Source: Eledone cirrhosa (lineage: Eukaryota). Taken from it: a DNA stretch of 64,000 bases. Of the stretch, positions 59,801-64,000 are shown piece by piece (the first letter of the stretch is position 1; every line of letters begins with the position of its first letter). A model generated the notes under the pieces. It ran no database searches and was not told the origin of the DNA. It saw only the letters and a list, made by a program, of their open reading frames with translations. The stretch is taken from positions 398,908,001 through 398,972,000 of the forward strand of contig OZ024740.1 in assembly GCA_964016885.1 (NCBI GenBank), read 5' to 3'. The translations under genes and the position numbers were made by a program.

Positions 59801-62560
59801 CCACTCCGGTCACCAACTTGTGATCCGAATAGTCAACCATGAACATTCGTGGACAGCTTAATATGTCCCTATCCTTATTTCTAACTAGGAACCTATCTAG
59901 GTACGACCTAGATGTTCCGCTGGGATTAGTCCACGTCCACAGTGGCACAGTCGGAAAATCTAGTCGATATCTATCGGCCAGATCAAATCGCCCGATTAAT
60001 CGTTTGAGGCTGTTACACCCCCCTCTATCGTGACATGCCTCTACATAGTCCCAACGTGCATCCAGGATACCATTCCAGTCCCCCACTAAAAGCAAGGAGC
60101 GAGACGTTCCCAGGAAATTCTCCAGGCGTCGGAAGAAGTCCGGTCGCGGTGTCCCAGATGGGGCATACGCTGCCACCAGCCTGAAAGCTCCACCTTCACC
60201 AGTGCCGACGTCTAAAACCACCAGTCGACCCTTCGGGTCCAGGTGTACCTTCTGTGTGGCAAGACCCAGGTATTTTCGCAGCAGAACGACAACCCCACCC
60301 CCACCCCTCGACTGACAGAGAGATGCGTAGATCTCAAAGTCGTCGAAGATGGGGGCTAGTTGGCGCTCGCTGCTGATCCTGGACTCGCAAATAACCATTA
60401 CATCCACTCTGTGCGACCTGAGGTCATTTAAGAGTTTGCCCTGTTTCCAGGACATCCCCAGGCCGCGTGCATTCACACATCCAACTCTTATATTGGCCAT
60501 GTTGGTGCTGAAGAGTTAAAAAGGAAGAGGAAAGAAAATTACTTACCTCTTCGTCTCCTGGGGACCAGGCTGCACAATTTCCATGTGGTGTTGGAAGGGT
60601 TGTTTGGTGGGGTGGTGGTTTGTGGTGGGGTGAGGACATCAGTGTGTGGTGGGATTAGGGTGTTTGGTGGGGTGTGGGTGTCTGGTGTGGGGGTGGGGAA
60701 ACATCTTAATAGGACGTGGTTAAGTGGTTTGGTGCAGTTGGTCCCTACATGCATTGGATGGTTCTTTTTCAAAGTTACATAGGTTTCCGTTGGGACCCTA
60801 ATCATCATTAGGTGCGGTTTGTTCGCTGCGTAGGTGAAAGTGATCCTTCGGTTTCCACCGAAGGGTTATTTTCTATTGCTTTCATCAAATTTTTATTGTT
60901 CTTGTTAATGTATGTATAGAGTTTTTGTTGTGTTGCGTTTGTTTTTGTTTGTTGTTCTTGTACGTGTTTGCGTTTTGTAGTATGTGTTATGTTTTGGGGA
61001 GGGGTGGGTTTTTTTGTTTGTGATGTTTGTTCTGTTTGTGCTGGTGGTTGTGTGTTTGTAGCATTTTTGTTAATGTGGTGCCTTTTTTTTTTCCTTTTCA
61101 CCTGTTGAAAGGGTTCTCCCTCGTCGTCACTGGGTGACGTTGATACGGAGTCCTCTTCCATGTTGTTGGGGAGGGGTATATTTTGGGGTTTTGTTGTGGT
61201 TGCTTTTGTATTTGTTTTAGGTGGGAGGGGTTGGGTGGAACAGTGTTTTGTGTTGTTATTTTTCCGTGTTGTTGTGGTTGTTGTTGTTGTTGTGGTGGTG
61301 GTGGTGGTGGTGGTGGTGGTGGTGGTGGTGGTTGTGTTGTTGTGTTCGGGGTTGGCAGAAGAGCCTTTTTTTTTTACTCGTTAATTGAGGACAGGCAGCC
61401 CTCAGGTGACTCCTGCTTAAGCAGTGGTAACATGACGGCCGCCTTCCCTCCACTGAAATGTTTATATAAGTTAGCCCGTCCAGAGGCACGCGTTGTGGGA
61501 TATTCGCTATTCGTTCTGGGCTCATTTGCACCAGAACTTCTACGCTGGTCCCACCAAATACACCTCCGGAGGACTTTCCTATTGAAATTATCTTGTCTTC
61601 ATCAAAGTCAAGGATTCCACATAGTATCCACCAAATATTTACATTTGGTGTGATACTCATTATTTTTATTCTTTGTGTCCTTTTTCCCCTGTATGTGGGG
61701 AAAAAGGTGAAGCGGGGGGACACAATGGGTGATACCGAGTACTTTTGTGCTGTTGACTGGTTGTTCATTAGCACCGAAATGCTACCAAACAGTTTTCCTT
61801 TTTGTATGAAGGTTATGTCCTTCATTGCATCTTTTAGAACCAGCTCATTTTCATTTTGTGATAATTGAGCTGGTTTTCTTGTTTCGTTCGATATTGTCCT
61901 GAAAACCACAGTTTTCAGGACAGCCTCTCTACGTAATTCCTGTGGAGAATTGATGCTAAAAGCACCGTTTTCGCCAAAAGTCACGAATTGTTTTGCGTCT
62001 TGTAGTAGTTGTTTAGCATTTGTTATGTCAATTGGCGTGTATAGTTCGTTTTTTTTACAGTCTGTGCCAACGTTGTTTTGGTGTTGTCTTTTTTGTTGCT
62101 GATGTTGTTGTCACTGTTGTTGATATTGTTCATGTTTTCCTTGGTGTTGTTATTGTTGCAGTTGTCGGTTGTGGTGTTATTGTCATTGTTCTTGTTGGTG
62201 CTGGTATTATTTACCGGGTTTGGTTTCGTGGTTTCAATATTTTCAACGTTTTTCGATAATGCGAGGGGGGAAGGCTGCAAGCTTTGTACTCCTACCTTCC
62301 CTCCACCACTTTTCTTAGTGAACGTGGCACTCACGACAGTGTGCGAAATTGAAATGGCATCCATTGCTGACTACCAAGTCTACACAATTTTGAGATGAAA
62401 ATGAAAATTTCGCCCCAGAAAGGGGCAAAAATTAGTTGACTCAACGTCTGAAGACCCAGGCAAGGGGTTAAACTAAACAATGCTATTAAATTGAGCAATG
62501 AACTCACAGTTTTTTTTTACAATAATCCGTAAAAGTCCGGAGCGAAGTAATTCACGTCTA
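56851..62560 (-). mobile_element. Near full-length L1/Tx1-clade LINE (ORF1 ~62400-60539, ORF2 60500-57095, both disrupted)
   Basis: ORF1 zinc knuckle CYHCLSRSHLRAAC. ORF2 has APE (CVNARGL, GDWN, SYLDR, SDH), RT (DQSKAFDRVDH, AYADD) and CPRC..HAFVHC. Clearly paralogous to 25635-29586. Confidence 0.95.
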
Positions 62561-62564
62561 TATC

Positions 62565-62950
62565 AAGTGGTAATTGATATAGAGAGGAGAGTTTGATGTT
62601 AATTGATATAGAAAGGGGTAGTGGAAGAGAGTTCCGTGTAGATACAGAGAGGGGGAGAATTTGGAGGTAATGAATAGAATGAGAGGATTGATAGAGATAT
62701 GTATTGATAGATATAGAGAGGGGGAGAGTTTGGTAGTGATGGTTAGAGTGAGAGGGAATGAGATAGAGTGAGAGTTGTATGGTAGACATAGAGAGTGGGG
62801 ATAGTTTGGTGGTAATTGATATATAGAGGGGGATTAGGAGAGAGAGAGAGAGAGACTACCGTAAAAGATATATAGGGGGGAGTTTGGAATGTATAGAGAG
62901 AGAACGATTACGAGAGAGTGTAGTAGAGATGGCGAGGGGGAGAGTTTTGA
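62565..62950. repeat. ~30-bp purine-rich minisatellite, right part
   Basis: Same units as 56690-56850, including GAGAGTTCCGT. Confidence 0.75.
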
Positions 62951-62951
62951 G

Positions 62952-64000
62952 ATCTTCTTCTGTTCGTATCTTCGAAGCATGTGGTTATAGGACAGTTTCC
63001 CATTTCTTTACACAGTCCTTTGCATTATTATTAAATTCTGCGAGATCTTTTAAGCTGCACTGGTTGGGTAGTAGAGGGCAAACAAGGCAGTGCTGCATCC
63101 TATGGTCCTCCTCTCCGCATTCGCAGATGGTTGGGCCGGTCTTGTAGCCCCATCTGGCCATAGCAGCTTTTGATCGCCCCATTCCTGTTCTCAGGTGGTT
63201 GAGTGTCTTCCACTGGACCCATGGTGCTTCTGAGCCAGGAGGGAGGGCTTCAGAAGGAGGGGATTCCCATGTCAATAGGAGGGGAGTCATTCTCTAGCTT
63301 TCTAGTCCATAGCTCTAGTCTGGTTTCTTCCTGAGATGTTGTTAGGGGCTGGACATGGTTGAGGAAGCTTCTCCTTGACTTCAGTCGTTGGGCCGGAGGT
63401 TCACCTCCATGAAGGAGGTGGCGTTCATCACTGATAGCCTTTGTGATCTCTACTCAGCTGGCAGCTTCCCGTCTCATATCTGCAGGGGCAATGCCACCGA
63501 GGAGATGCAGGTTGTTCGGGTTGGTAGGCTTCAGGCAACCAGTGATCAAACGGCAGGTGATGTTCAACGCTGGGTTTAGTTTACTGGCATGGGTTGATCT
63601 TTCCCAAACAGGACACGCGTACTCCGCAGAGGAATAGCACAGGGCCAAGGCAGTACATCTTAGTGTGTGTGCTGTGGCTCCCCATTTGGAGTTAGTCAGT
63701 TTCCGTAGGATGTTGTTCCGGGAGCTGACTTTCAATTTGGTGTTTTTGATGTGTTCCTTGAATGAGAGGGCGCGGTCCAGGGTTACGCCAAGGTAGACAG
63801 GATTGGTGCAGTTCTCAAGTGGTGGTCCTGACCATGTGATGTTAAGAGGTCGATTGGCTTCCTGGTTCCTGAGATGGAACGAGCAGGCTTGAGTCTTCGC
63901 AGGGTTTGCGTGCAGGTGGTTGCTCTCGTAGTAGAAGAGTAGCTCATCCAGGGCTGAGTTGAGGTTGCTTCTACTGCTTCGAACGTACTCTCTTGTGATG
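62952..64000 (-). mobile_element. RTE-X-like LINE 3' part (runs off the window)
   Basis: PVYLGVTLDRALSFKEH, RNNILRKL..WGA..LR.TALALCYSSAEYACPVW, WKTLNHLRTG and CECG..H...C motifs, with a (GAA)n tail. Confidence 0.9.

Overview
AT-rich, microsatellite-dense animal genomic DNA. The repeat content suggests an octopod cephalopod, but that is inference. The one host gene seen is the 3' end of an IRS-type PTB (DOK/FRS2-like) adaptor, with exons at 1307-1523 and 9244-11122 that join in frame. The rest is mostly mobile DNA: RTE, RTE-X, two L1/Tx1, R4/Dong-like and CRE-like LINEs, a CsRN1-type Gypsy with both LTRs, two Helitrons, piggyBac-like MITEs, many tRNA-derived SINEs and an ~81-bp higher-order satellite. 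The most notable hidden signal is a set of short fold-back elements inside (TA)n tracts. They come from at least six sequence-unrelated Penelope-like (PLE) families and carry complete or truncated type I hammerhead ribozyme motifs. These elements show stem covariation, inversion breakpoints that cluster in ribozyme stem II, and a shared tail motif. All folds and alignments were done by eye, and boundaries of degenerate repeats are approximate.
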